Positions 22,502 through 32,004 of a stretch of 42,368 nucleotides of DNA are shown piece after piece (the first letter of the stretch is position 1; each line of letters starts with the position of its first letter). This stretch comes from Armatimonadota bacterium (lineage in GTDB: Bacteria > Armatimonadota > Fimbriimonadia > Fimbriimonadales > GBS-DC), in the NCBI GenBank assembly GCA_037444405.1, contig JBBIML010000023.1, positions 1-42,368 on the forward strand. The letters run 5' to 3'. The notes beneath the pieces are model-generated. The model was not told the DNA's origin. It ran no database searches and saw only the letters and a program-made list of their open reading frames with translations. The position numbers and the translations under genes are program-made.

Positions 22502-24331
22502 TCACTCGCTGCGCAGGTAGTCCAGTACCTGTTGCGCCAGTTTGCGCGTCATGGTGGGCACCGATGCCAGTTCGTCGACGCTCGCCTCGCGGATGCGGTC
22601 GATGGAGCCGAACAGGCGCAGGAGCATCTTCTTGCGCCGGGGTCCGATGCCCGGAATCTCATCTAACGGTGAGCGCGCGGCGCGCTCCTCACGCAGCTTG
22701 CGATGGTAGCTGAGCGCGAAGCGGTGTGCCTCGTCTCGAACGCGCTGGAGCAGGTGCAGCGCCTTGCTGTGGCAGGGCAGCTCCAGCGGCTCCTCACGGT
22801 CGGGCAGGATAATCAGTTCATGCTTTTTCGCCAGCCCGACGGCGGGGATTTCGAAGCCCAGCGTGCGGATGGCTTCGAGGGCGGCGTTGAGCTGACCGCG
22901 TCCGCCATCGATCAGCATCAAATCGGGCAGGGTGCGCCAGCGGTCGTCGCCCTCCAGCGCCTCACGCAGGCGGCGCGTGATGACCTCGCGCATCATGGCG
23001 AAGTCGTCGGGCGTTTCGGGATGCCACCGGATGCGAAACCGTCGATAGTCCGACTTTTTCGGCTGACCACCCTCGAACACCACCATGCTGCCGACGGGCG
23101 CCACGCCCTGAATATTGGAGATGTCGTACGCTTCGATGCGCTGGGGCACATGGGGCAGGTTCAGCGCTTCCTGCAGTTCGAGCAGGGCGCTTTCGAGCCA
23201 TTCGGCTTTCTGCTCCAGCTCGGCACGCAGGCTCTGTAGGGCGAGCTCGGCGTTCTGGGCAGCCAGCTCCAGCAGCTGGGCGTCCTCGCCGCGATGGGGC
23301 ACTCGAATCTCCACTGCGCCGTTGCCCCGCTTCTGACGCAGCCACTGGGCGATAATCTGCGCCTCGTCCACCTCATACGGGAGCAGGATGCGCTCGGGCA
23401 CTTCGGGCGCGTCCTGATAGTATTGCTTGAGGAACTCGCTCATAATCGCGCGCGGGTTCTCCTCGGCGCCTTCGCTCAGGAAGAAGTGCCGCTGACCCAG
23501 CAGTTTGCCACCCCGAATGAAGAACATCTGCACGCATGCGCCCCGCTCGTCCTTGACCAGCGCGATCACATCCTCGTCGATGCCCTCGGCATGGATGACC
23601 TTCTGGCGTTGCAGCACCTCCTGCAGGGCGCGAATCTGGTCGCGAATTCGGGCGGCGCGTTCGAACTCCAGGGCTTCGGCGGCGGCTTCCATCTGAGCGG
23701 TCAGCTCGCGGATGAGCGTGTCACCCTTGCCCTGCAGAAACAGCTCCACCTGCTGAACGATTTTACGGTACTCGTCGGGGTTCGCCAGCCCTGCGCAGGG
23801 CGCCAGGCAGCGCCCCATATGATAGTAAAGGCAGGGTCGCTGCACTGGCTCGCCCGACCACACCTTGCCGCACGGGATGAGCGGAAAAGTGCGATGCAAC
23901 AGCTGGTGCGTACTCCAGACCGCGCTGGAGTTCGCAAAGGGTCCGAAGTAGCGGTTGCCATCTTTGCGCACACGGCGCGTCACCAGCAGGCGCGGGAACC
24001 GCTCGGCGGTGGTCAGGCACAGGTAAGGATACGATTTATCGTCCCGCATCAGCACATTGTAGGGCGGGCGATACCGCTTGATGAGGTTGCACTCCAGAAT
24101 GAGCGCCTCCAGCTCGCTGTCGGTAACAATCCATTCGATATCGGCGATTTTGCGCACCATGCGGGCGGTTTTGGGCGTGTGCTGGGCTGATTGCTGGAAG
24201 TAGGAGCGCACCCGCTGGCGCAGGTTGACCGCCTTGCCCACATAAATCACAGTCCCCTGCGCGTCTTTGAACAGATAGCAACCCGGTTGTTTGGGAAGGG
24301 TTTTCAGCCGCGCGTGCAGATCGGCGCTCAT
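22502..24331 (-). CDS. uvrC: Excinuclease ABC subunit C
   Basis: GIY-YIG (IYVGKAVNLRQRVRSYF), UVR domain, RIEAYDISN, LIDGGRGQL, RDEAHRFA, HhH. Confidence 0.97.
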   Translation of the reverse strand: MSADLHARLKTLPKQPGCYLFKDAQGTVIYVGKAVNLRQRVRSYFQQSAQHTPKTARMVRKIADIEWIVTDSELEALILECNLIKRYRPPYNVLMRDDKSYPYLCLTTAERFPRLLVTRRVRKDGNRYFGPFANSSAVWSTHQLLHRTFPLIPCGKVWSGEPVQRPCLYYHMGRCLAPCAGLANPDEYRKIVQQVELFLQGKGDTLIRELTAQMEAAAEALEFERAARIRDQIRALQEVLQRQKVIHAEGIDEDVIALVKDERGACVQMFFIRGGKLLGQRHFFLSEGAEENPRAIMSEFLKQYYQDAPEVPERILLPYEVDEAQIIAQWLRQKRGNGAVEIRVPHRGEDAQLLELAAQNAELALQSLRAELEQKAEWLESALLELQEALNLPHVPQRIEAYDISNIQGVAPVGSMVVFEGGQPKKSDYRRFRIRWHPETPDDFAMMREVITRRLREALEGDDRWRTLPDLMLIDGGRGQLNAALEAIRTLGFEIPAVGLAKKHELIILPDREEPLELPCHSKALHLLQRVRDEAHRFALSYHRKLREERAARSPLDEIPGIGPRRKKMLLRLFGSIDRIREASVDELASVPTMTRKLAQQVLDYLRSE

Positions 24332-24375
24332 CGGCTTTAAGCATACCGAATCACGGCTGGGTATAATCGCCATGC

Positions 24376-25266
24376 ATGATGGAGTCGCTCATCTCGCAGC
24401 TGTTCTGGTTTGTGTTCATCTTTCTGGCGTTGATGCCGATGATTCGCCAGCGGATGCTGGAGGCGGCACGGATGCAGATGATCCGACGCCTTGAAAAGCT
24501 GCGGGGTAGCCGCGTGATCGTGCTGATCCATCGTCAGGAAGCCCTCTCGTTCTTTGGTGTCCCCGTCTTTCGGTTCATCACGATGGAGGATTCGGAAGAG
24601 GTACTGCGGGCGATTCGCCTGACCCCGCCCGATATGCCCATCGATATCATCTTGCACACGCCGGGCGGGCTGGTGCTGGCAAGCCAGCAGATAGCATGCG
24701 CGCTGTGTGATCATCCAGCGAAGGTCACGGCGTTTGTGCCCCACTATGCGATGTCGGGCGGCACGCTGATCGCGCTGGCTGCCGACGAAATCGTGATGGA
24801 TCCACACGCCGTGCTGGGACCCGTCGACCCGCAGGTGGGTCAGTTTCCCGCCGCCTCCATCCTGAAGGTGCTGGAGCAAAAGGACGCGAACGAAATCGAT
24901 GACCAGACGCTGATCCTGGCGGATGTGTCGCGCAAGGCGCTCCGGCAGACCTATGAGCTGGTGTGCAGGGTTCTGCAAAGCAACGGAATGGCGGAGACGC
25001 AGGCAGCGGAGATCGCCGATAAGCTCACGCAGGGGTATTACACGCACGACTATGCCATCTCCGCTGAGGAGGCTGCCCAGCTGGGGCTGAATGTGCGCAC
25101 CGATTTGCCCGTCGAAGTGTATCAGTTGATGTCGCTCTATCCGCAACCGATTCAGCGAACAGCGGGCGTGGACTATGTGCCCATTCCTTACCATCCGGAG
25201 CCAGCTCCTGCCCAACCTGCCCGGCGCCCCGCCCGACCCCGCACCGCGCGCCCCCGCACGAAATAG
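24376..25266 (+). CDS. SDH-family ClpP-fold serine protease
   Basis: LIHRQE, HTPGGLVLA, YAMSGGTLIALAADEIVM, LGPVDPQ, THDY; N-terminal TM. Confidence 0.88.
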   Translation: MMESLISQLFWFVFIFLALMPMIRQRMLEAARMQMIRRLEKLRGSRVIVLIHRQEALSFFGVPVFRFITMEDSEEVLRAIRLTPPDMPIDIILHTPGGLVLASQQIACALCDHPAKVTAFVPHYAMSGGTLIALAADEIVMDPHAVLGPVDPQVGQFPAASILKVLEQKDANEIDDQTLILADVSRKALRQTYELVCRVLQSNGMAETQAAEIADKLTQGYYTHDYAISAEEAAQLGLNVRTDLPVEVYQLMSLYPQPIQRTAGVDYVPIPYHPEPAPAQPARRPARPRTARPRTK

Positions 25267-25293
25267 TTATTCAGGTATACTTGTTGTGAGCCG

Positions 25294-25452
25294 ATGGATA
25301 TCCAGCAGCTGGTACAACGGTTATCGGAGTCGCTTGAGCCGGCGCAGGCGGAAAAGCTCGCGCTGGCGATTGACGAGATGGTGCAGTCGCTGTATGAGCG
25401 ACAACTGCTGGTGCATATCGACGCGCTCAGCCAGCAACTGCGCGACTTCTAA
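25294..25452 (+). CDS. Small helical hypothetical protein (52 aa, below ORF-track cutoff)
   Basis: MDIQQLVQRLSESLEPAQAEKLALAIDEMVQSLYERQLLVHIDALSQQLRDF*; GGTATACT upstream; ends 6 nt before next ATG. Confidence 0.55.
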   Translation: MDIQQLVQRLSESLEPAQAEKLALAIDEMVQSLYERQLLVHIDALSQQLRDF

Positions 25453-25458
25453 CGGCAC

Positions 25459-27360
25459 ATGGAGCGTGCAAATCGATATTTGCTGATTGCTGGTCTGCTA
25501 TTGTCGTCGCTGGCGGCAGGGCGGATTGCGCTGGAGCGGTTGCGTGTGGAGGGGCGCAATCGCTCGGTGGAGCTGGTGATGGAGTACCCGGAGGTGGCGG
25601 CGCTGGCAGCAGCGGAGGGCAAGACGGTCGCCGAGTGGTTGCGAGCGCTGCCTGTACCGCTCTCGGTTGCGCTCACGGAGGGCACATTGCAGGAGTGGGG
25701 CATGCGCTCGGTCGCCAGCACAGGTCCTATCTACCTGCTGGATGCGGAGCGGTATCGTCAGGCGAAGGCGGCGCTCGCGCTCAAGACCCGCGTGGAACTC
25801 AAACCCCCTGCGCAACTACCTTACACCACCGTTCAATCCACTGGCGGCGGGCGATTCGCGGTGGTGGGCGATCCCGACTGGGTGGCGCAACTGGGGCTGG
25901 GGCTGGATCCGTGGCAGCTGCGTGAGGTACAGGCGGGTGGTGCGCACCCCGTGGCGCGGCTCTATAACCTGTTAGGCGTGAACGAGTTCATCATTCGCGG
26001 CATGCTCCAACAGACTCATCAGCAGGGCGCGACGCTGCCGATCTTTGCGGGCGAGCAGGTGCTGGGCTACCGCCATGCCATCGACGCGACGGCAGCCGCG
26101 ATTCGCACCTTCGGTATGCGCTACGGTGCCGTCGAGTTCGGCAGGCAGGCGGGCGATGGCAGATTGAGCGCGCTCATCCCGGAGCGCACGGTGCGCGTGC
26201 ATAGTGTGAGCGCGTCAGAAGCGGTTCAGATGACGCCCGAGGAGCTGGTGGAGCGGTTCGAGCGGGCGGCGCAGGAGCGCAACATTCGCGTGCTGTATCT
26301 CCGCTGGGGCGCAGGGGACACGCCCCGCCTGCAGGCGTTCCTGCAGGCGCTGGTTCGCGCGCTGCAGCGGTCAGGCTTTGTGGTGCAGGTGAACGGCGCG
26401 CACCCGTTCCAGCCGCTGGAGCCACCACTGTGGCTGTTTTCCTTCGTTGGATTGGGTGTGGGCATCCTCACAGGCTGGGTTCTCTATCAGCTGGGGGCGG
26501 GCGGTAGCTCCGAGCAGGGTGCAACGGCTGCGATTGGCTGGTTGCCTGCGCTGATGGGGCTTGGGCTGGGGCTGCTGTGCCTGCTGCCCGAGGGCAGGAA
26601 GCTCGCCGCGCTGATGGCGGCAATCCTGTTCCCCACCGTAGGGCTGATGCTGTTGCCGGCTTACCCCTCACCCATACCCTCTCCCCTCAGGGGAGTGGGA
26701 AGCGTGTTGCAGTGGGCGAACCTGCTGATATTTCCCTTCGGCTGGAGCCTGATGGGCGCACTGCATATTGTCGGGCTGCTCGCTGGCACGGCGTTTCTGG
26801 TCAAAGCGGACCAGTTCGTTGGGATCAAGCTCGCGCATGTGCTGCCATTGCTGCTGGTGGGCGCGTTCTATGCGGCGTACGCGACGGGGCGCTGGGACTT
26901 CTGGCGGCGCTGGCTCTATCAGCCCGTTTTCTGGTGGCAGGCGGGGATTACACTTGTCGTACTGGCTGCAATCGTGCTGATGCTCGTGCGCACGGGCAAC
27001 GAGGCGCCAGGCGCGGTGTCCGATATTGAGCTGCGCTTCCGTGCGCTGCTGGAGAGCATCATGAATGTGCGCCCGCGCACGAAGGAGTTCCTGATCGGGC
27101 ATCCCGCGCTGGTGATTGCGATTGCATTGCTCATGCGCCGTGCCCATGCGTGGCTGCCGCTAACGATGCTGCTCGCCGCCGTTGGGCAGGTGTCAGTGGT
27201 GAACACCTTTTGCCATCTGCACTCGCCGTTGCTGGTAAGCCTGGCGCGGGTGGGCTGGGGCGCATTGCTGGGTGTGGCGCTGGGGTTGATTCTGCTCGCG
27301 CTGGCTCACCAGCTCAATATACGGGCAGGCTCGGGTCCACCTCCTGCGCGTAGGCGTTGA
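25459..27360 (+). CDS. DUF5693-like multi-pass membrane protein
   Basis: VRVHS...RAAQERNIRVLY; F.GIKLAH; VRPRTKEFLIGHP; GQVSVVNTFCHLHSP. Confidence 0.75.
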   Translation: MERANRYLLIAGLLLSSLAAGRIALERLRVEGRNRSVELVMEYPEVAALAAAEGKTVAEWLRALPVPLSVALTEGTLQEWGMRSVASTGPIYLLDAERYRQAKAALALKTRVELKPPAQLPYTTVQSTGGGRFAVVGDPDWVAQLGLGLDPWQLREVQAGGAHPVARLYNLLGVNEFIIRGMLQQTHQQGATLPIFAGEQVLGYRHAIDATAAAIRTFGMRYGAVEFGRQAGDGRLSALIPERTVRVHSVSASEAVQMTPEELVERFERAAQERNIRVLYLRWGAGDTPRLQAFLQALVRALQRSGFVVQVNGAHPFQPLEPPLWLFSFVGLGVGILTGWVLYQLGAGGSSEQGATAAIGWLPALMGLGLGLLCLLPEGRKLAALMAAILFPTVGLMLLPAYPSPIPSPLRGVGSVLQWANLLIFPFGWSLMGALHIVGLLAGTAFLVKADQFVGIKLAHVLPLLLVGAFYAAYATGRWDFWRRWLYQPVFWWQAGITLVVLAAIVLMLVRTGNEAPGAVSDIELRFRALLESIMNVRPRTKEFLIGHPALVIAIALLMRRAHAWLPLTMLLAAVGQVSVVNTFCHLHSPLLVSLARVGWGALLGVALGLILLALAHQLNIRAGSGPPPARRR

Positions 27361-28795
27361 TGCCGCCTTCGAGGTTTTTGACGCGCCCGAAGCCCATCGT
27401 CAGGAGCAGGCGTGTGATCTGGGCGCTGCGTCCACCAGAGCGGCACATCACCACGATTTCATCGGCAGGGTTCAGCTCGTGCACGCGCTCGGCAACCTGC
27501 CCCATCGGGATATGAATCGCGCCGGGCAGGCGGCTGATCTCCAGCTCGTACGGCTCGCGCACATCCAGGATAATCAGGCGCTCGCCCCGATCGAGCCGCT
27601 CTCTGAGTTCTCGCGGTGTGATGCTGGGCAACTCCTGCGTGTGGGTGGGCGTCTCCACACCGCGCAAGCCACAGAACTCCACATAATCGATCAGCTCGCA
27701 CACGGTCGGGTTCTCGCCGCACACGGGGCAGTTCGGGTCTTTGCGCAGCTTCAGCTCGCGCCAGCGCATCTCCAGCGCGTCCAGCAGCAGCAGTCGCCCG
27801 ATCAGCGGCTCGCCCCGTCCCAGAATGAGCTTGATGACCTCCATCGCCTGCACCGTGCCGATTAATCCGGGCAGCACGCCCAGCACGCCCCCTTCAGCAC
27901 AGCTGGGCACCAGCCCTGGTGGCGGCGGCTCCGGATAGAGACAGCGATAGCAGGGTCCATGCTGTGCCCAGAAGACCGACGCCTGACCCTCAAACCGAAA
28001 GATGCTCCCGTACACATTTGGCTTGCCCAGCAGCACGCAGGCATCGTTCACCAGATAGCGCGTCGGGAAGTTGTCCGTGCCGTCCACAATCACATCGAAA
28101 TCGCGCAGAATCTCCAGCGCGTTCTCGGAGGTGAGGCGCGTCTCGAACGGCACGACCTGCACAAAGGGGTTGATGGCGCGAATCTTCTCGATGGCGGACT
28201 GCAGCTTCGGGCGCCCCACATCAGGCGTGAAGTGAATGATTTGCCGCTGAAGATTGGTATAGTCGACCACATCGAAGTCGACCAGCCCGATGGTGCCGAC
28301 GCCTGCAGCAGCCAGATAGAGGGCAAGGGGCGAGCCGAGTCCGCCCGTGCCAATCAGCAGTACACGCGCGGCTTTGAGCCGCTTCTGACCCTCCATCGTG
28401 ACCTCGGGCATGATCAGGTGGCGGCTGTAGCGCAGTACCTCCTCCTGTGAGAGGCTGATGCCGCGCAGGCGGGCATCGTCGATAATACTTCGAAAGGTTG
28501 TTTCCGCAGGCACATCGGCGACCGCGCCGCCTGCAACCGACGGCACGATCGTCAGCTCGTCGCTCTCTGTGAGCGGTGTGTCCAGTCCCTGCAGGTAGCG
28601 CACATCCTCATCACCCCGATAGAGATTGATGAAGCTGCGCAGACGACCTTCTTCGTTAAACAGGTGCGGCTTCAGCTGCGGATAGCGCTCTATCAGCTGC
28701 TGGATCGCCTCGCCGACGGTGGATGCATCCACCTGCAGGCGAGCCTGCTGGTTCGCGTACGCCCTTAACGCTGTTGGAATCGTAATCGCTGGCAT
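27314..28795 (-). CDS. moeB: MoaD/CysO-like ubiquitin-like domain fused to MoeB/ThiF adenylyltransferase and rhodanese (MoeZ-like)
   Basis: Residues 1-90 form a beta-grasp ending VPSVAGG; RYSRH, GTGGLG, CYRC, PSCAEGG, CPVC; rhodanese CRSGGRS; AGGAGG RBS. Confidence 0.9.
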   Translation of the reverse strand: MPAITIPTALRAYANQQARLQVDASTVGEAIQQLIERYPQLKPHLFNEEGRLRSFINLYRGDEDVRYLQGLDTPLTESDELTIVPSVAGGAVADVPAETTFRSIIDDARLRGISLSQEEVLRYSRHLIMPEVTMEGQKRLKAARVLLIGTGGLGSPLALYLAAAGVGTIGLVDFDVVDYTNLQRQIIHFTPDVGRPKLQSAIEKIRAINPFVQVVPFETRLTSENALEILRDFDVIVDGTDNFPTRYLVNDACVLLGKPNVYGSIFRFEGQASVFWAQHGPCYRCLYPEPPPPGLVPSCAEGGVLGVLPGLIGTVQAMEVIKLILGRGEPLIGRLLLLDALEMRWRELKLRKDPNCPVCGENPTVCELIDYVEFCGLRGVETPTHTQELPSITPRELRERLDRGERLIILDVREPYELEISRLPGAIHIPMGQVAERVHELNPADEIVVMCRSGGRSAQITRLLLTMGFGRVKNLEGGINAYAQEVDPSLPVY

Positions 28796-28927
28796 AGTTG
28801 ACCTCCTGTTGCTGGCGGTGTGCGCACGCACTGTTTGCCCCGCTGCTAACCATACTATACCCCATCGATAGCGGTGTGGTTAACACGCCCTTAGCCGTTT
28901 CAAGGTACAATAAACACGGTGAGACCG

Positions 28928-29134
28928 ATGGCGACCTATCAAAATGAGGATCGGATGGGGAATTTGCGCACCACTGTGCAGATTGAGCCGGGCGAGCGTG
29001 TCGCGCTGTGCCGCTGCTTCCATTCCAAAAACTTCCCTTTCTGCGACGGCACGCACAAGCAGCATCCGGGCAAGGGTCCCGTGATTGTGGAGGCGCTGAC
29101 GGAGCCACTGCCCGCCGATGAAGAGCGCGAATAG
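28928..29134 (+). CDS. CDGSH iron-sulfur domain protein
   Basis: LCRCFHSKNFPFCDGTH motif. Confidence 0.88.
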   Translation: MATYQNEDRMGNLRTTVQIEPGERVALCRCFHSKNFPFCDGTHKQHPGKGPVIVEALTEPLPADEERE

Positions 29135-29191
29135 CGCTGCCGTCCGCCACCATCATCTTGGCTGGAGAGCAAGGGGGCGTGCTGAAGCGGC

Positions 29192-30862
29192 ATGAGCACC
29201 GAGCTGGTTCTGGGGCACTATCGCATCATTCGCGAGATTGCCCGCAGCAACGATGTGGTCTACGAGGCGCTCGATACGCGCATCAACCGCCGGGTCGCCA
29301 TCAAGGAGATGCTGCTGCCCGCGGGCGCGACCGAGAGCGTGCGCCAGGACCGCATTCGCCGCTTCCTGCGCGAAGCCCGCGCCGCCGGACAGCTCAATCA
29401 CCCCAATATTGTCCACATCTACGAGACCGAAGAGGAGAATGGGCGCTACTTCATCGTGATGGAGTATCTGGAGGGCGAGAACCTGCGCCAGCGACTGGAC
29501 CGCGAGGGCGCCCTCCCGATTGAAGAGGCGTTCCGAATCGTTGAGCAGGTGCTGGACGCGCTGAGCCACGCGCACTCCCGAGGCGTGATCCATCGCGACA
29601 TCAAGCCTGAGAACATTCACCTTCTGCCCGATGGGCGCGTGGTGCTGACCGATTTCGGCATCGCCCGCCTGAAATTCGAGCAGAATATCACGGTGGACGG
29701 GCAAATCTTCGGCACGCCCAGCTACATGTCGCCCGAACAGGTGATGGGGGCAGACATCGATGAGCGCTCCGACATCTTTTCGGTGGGTGTGGTGCTATAT
29801 GAGATGGTGACGGGGCTGAAGCCGTTCACGGGCGATTCGGTGGTGAGCATCACCTACAACATTTTGAACACGGAGCCGCCCGCGCCGCCAGGCGTGCCCT
29901 ACGCGGTGGAGTGGGTGATTCGGCGGGCGCTGCAGAAAAGCCCGGCGAATCGGTTCCAGAGCGCGGAGGAGATGAAGCAGGCGCTTAGGAAGGCGCTGGA
30001 GAGCCTGCAGGTGCCGCCCGTGCTGGCGACGCCGATGGGACCGCCCCAGCCCGCGCCGGTCGCCACAGGCGGCTATGGAGTGCCCACCGGCGGCTATCCG
30101 TCAACAGGCACATCGATGCCGGTGCCCGCTCCGGCGCCGACCGCGCCCCCACCCGCCACCTACATTCCACCGCCGCCACCCGCGCGCCCAATCCTTTCAC
30201 CTGCCGCCCGCCACTTCTGGGGCACTTTCCTTGCCGTGATACTGATTGGCGGCGCGATTCTGGGCGTGATTGTGCTGGGCGTCTATTCAGGCATTCGCGC
30301 TTATCAGCAGTATGAGTTGCAACAGCAGGACGAGCAGATGGCAAAGGAATACAAACGCGCTGAAAGCCTCTACAAGCAGGGGCGTTATCTTGAAGCGGCG
30401 CAAATCTATTATGAGCTGCTTCAGCGGGCGCAGTCCGACAAATGGCGCGAGGAGTTCCGCCACAACCTCGCCAGCGCACTGACCATGCATGGCAACCAGC
30501 TGTTGCAGGCAGGTCGCTACCCGGATGCGGGGCAGGTCTATCAGCAGGCGTTGCAGTATAAGCCGCTGCCCGCCGCCTATGTGGGGCTGGCGCAGGTGGA
30601 GTACGCGCTGGGCAACTACGAGGGCGCGGTCAACAACTGGATTGCCGCCGCTAAATATTCGCGTGGCAATGACGCGCAGACCTATCGCCGTCGCGCCACC
30701 CGAATCCTGCTGGAGCTGGGCGAAAAGGCATACAGCCAGGGCAACTATATCGAGGCGCTGAGCAAGTGGCAGCAGGTGATGGAGCTGGCGCCTGGCACGC
30801 CCGAATCGGCGGAAGCCCGCCAGCGATTTGAGCAGGCGCTCGAATCGCCTCTGAGGCGATAG
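29192..30862 (+). CDS. Hanks-type Ser/Thr kinase with Pro-rich linker, TM helix and TPR ectodomain
   Basis: VAIK, HRDIKPEN, DFG, GTPSYMSPEQ, SDIFSVG; TM segment; TPR repeats. Confidence 0.92.
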   Translation: MSTELVLGHYRIIREIARSNDVVYEALDTRINRRVAIKEMLLPAGATESVRQDRIRRFLREARAAGQLNHPNIVHIYETEEENGRYFIVMEYLEGENLRQRLDREGALPIEEAFRIVEQVLDALSHAHSRGVIHRDIKPENIHLLPDGRVVLTDFGIARLKFEQNITVDGQIFGTPSYMSPEQVMGADIDERSDIFSVGVVLYEMVTGLKPFTGDSVVSITYNILNTEPPAPPGVPYAVEWVIRRALQKSPANRFQSAEEMKQALRKALESLQVPPVLATPMGPPQPAPVATGGYGVPTGGYPSTGTSMPVPAPAPTAPPPATYIPPPPPARPILSPAARHFWGTFLAVILIGGAILGVIVLGVYSGIRAYQQYELQQQDEQMAKEYKRAESLYKQGRYLEAAQIYYELLQRAQSDKWREEFRHNLASALTMHGNQLLQAGRYPDAGQVYQQALQYKPLPAAYVGLAQVEYALGNYEGAVNNWIAAAKYSRGNDAQTYRRRATRILLELGEKAYSQGNYIEALSKWQQVMELAPGTPESAEARQRFEQALESPLRR

Positions 30863-30895
30863 GGTGGTTCGAGCAGGTATGCTCGAAGGGACGCG

Positions 30896-31855
30896 ATGGC
30901 GGACCAGATCGTGTTGCACGGGGAGTCGGTGCTGCTGGTGCGGGAGTCGGAGGTGGAGGCGGCGCTGACGATGGAGCGGGCGTTGCAGGCGGTGGAAGCC
31001 GCGTTCCGCGACTGGGCGCACGGTCGCGCCACGAACCGCCCGCGCCAGCGTGTTCATACCCCGCAGGGCACGCTCCATCTGATGGGCGCGGCGTGGCACA
31101 GCAAAGGCTACATTGGCTACAAAGCCTACTTCTCATTTCCTGCTGGCACGCGCTTCCATGTGGTGCTGGCGTCGGCGTCGAGTGGTCAGCTACTCGCGCT
31201 GATGGAAGCCGACGCGCTGGGGCGCATTCGCACGGGCGCAGCGAGCGGCGTCGCCACCCGTTATCTTGCTCGCGAGGACGCCACGCGCGTCGCCCTCATC
31301 GGCACCGGGCATCAGGCGGCGACCCAGCTGCAAGCCGTCTGCGCCGTGCGTCCCATCCAGCAGGTGTACGCCTTCAGTCGCACGCCCGAACGCCTGCACG
31401 CTTTCTGCGAGCAGATGCAGTCCCAGCTCAATATTCCTGTGCAGCCTGTTAGCAGCGTTGAGGAGGCGGTGCGCGAGGCGGATATCGTCATCACCATCAC
31501 CACCGCGCGGGAGCCGTTCCTGACTGGCGCGATGTTGCGACCGGGCATGCACATCAATGCGGTGGGCGCGAACTCGCTCGCGCGGCGCGAGCTGGACACC
31601 CACGCCGTCGGACGATGCGACCGCATCGTGGTGGATGACCCGCAGCAAGCCCGCTTCGAAGCCGCCGAGCTGATCCTGCCCATCGAGACGCGACGACTCA
31701 GCTGGGAACGGGTACATCCGCTCGCTGCGATTGTCGGCGGTCTGCTGCCTGCGCGCCAGTCACCTGAAGAGATCACGCTCTTCAAATCGCTCGGAATCGC
31801 GCTCGAAGATGTGGCGGTCGCGGCAGCAGTATACGAGGCGCTTACGGGAACCTGA
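30896..31855 (+). CDS. Ornithine cyclodeaminase/mu-crystallin family protein
   Basis: RTGAASGVA, IGTGHQA, HINAVGA, FKSLGIALEDVA. Confidence 0.9.
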   Translation: MADQIVLHGESVLLVRESEVEAALTMERALQAVEAAFRDWAHGRATNRPRQRVHTPQGTLHLMGAAWHSKGYIGYKAYFSFPAGTRFHVVLASASSGQLLALMEADALGRIRTGAASGVATRYLAREDATRVALIGTGHQAATQLQAVCAVRPIQQVYAFSRTPERLHAFCEQMQSQLNIPVQPVSSVEEAVREADIVITITTAREPFLTGAMLRPGMHINAVGANSLARRELDTHAVGRCDRIVVDDPQQARFEAAELILPIETRRLSWERVHPLAAIVGGLLPARQSPEEITLFKSLGIALEDVAVAAAVYEALTGT

Positions 31856-31904
31856 AAATAAAAAGGAGGGTGGCAGTGAAAGGAGAGCAAAGCCTGCCAC
31901 CCCC
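31856..31904 (-). terminator. Minus-strand intrinsic terminator with no upstream minus-strand CDS
   Basis: GGGGGUGGCAG/CUGCCACCCUC 11-bp stem followed by C-UUUUAUUUU. Confidence 0.7.
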
Positions 31905-31932
31905 AAGGAAGGAAGGTGAACTCGTTCCCAGT
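31856..31932 (-). ncRNA. Candidate ~75-nt CU-rich small RNA
   Basis: TGcCATAAT extended -10-like box at 31946-31938; single-stranded CCUUCCUUCC; terminator loop containing CUCCUUUC. Confidence 0.4.
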
Positions 31933-32004
31933 TCTATATTATGGCACATCGCGATCGATTCTGGAGTCCTGTCCACCTTCCTGCTTAAAATACGGGCGAA
32001 GGGC

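Noticed and set aside
27314..30862. Ubiquitin-like anti-phage system (CBASS/Bil-type)
   Set aside because: The E1 is a standard MoeZ-type with rhodanese; no E2, JAB, cyclase or defence-island context
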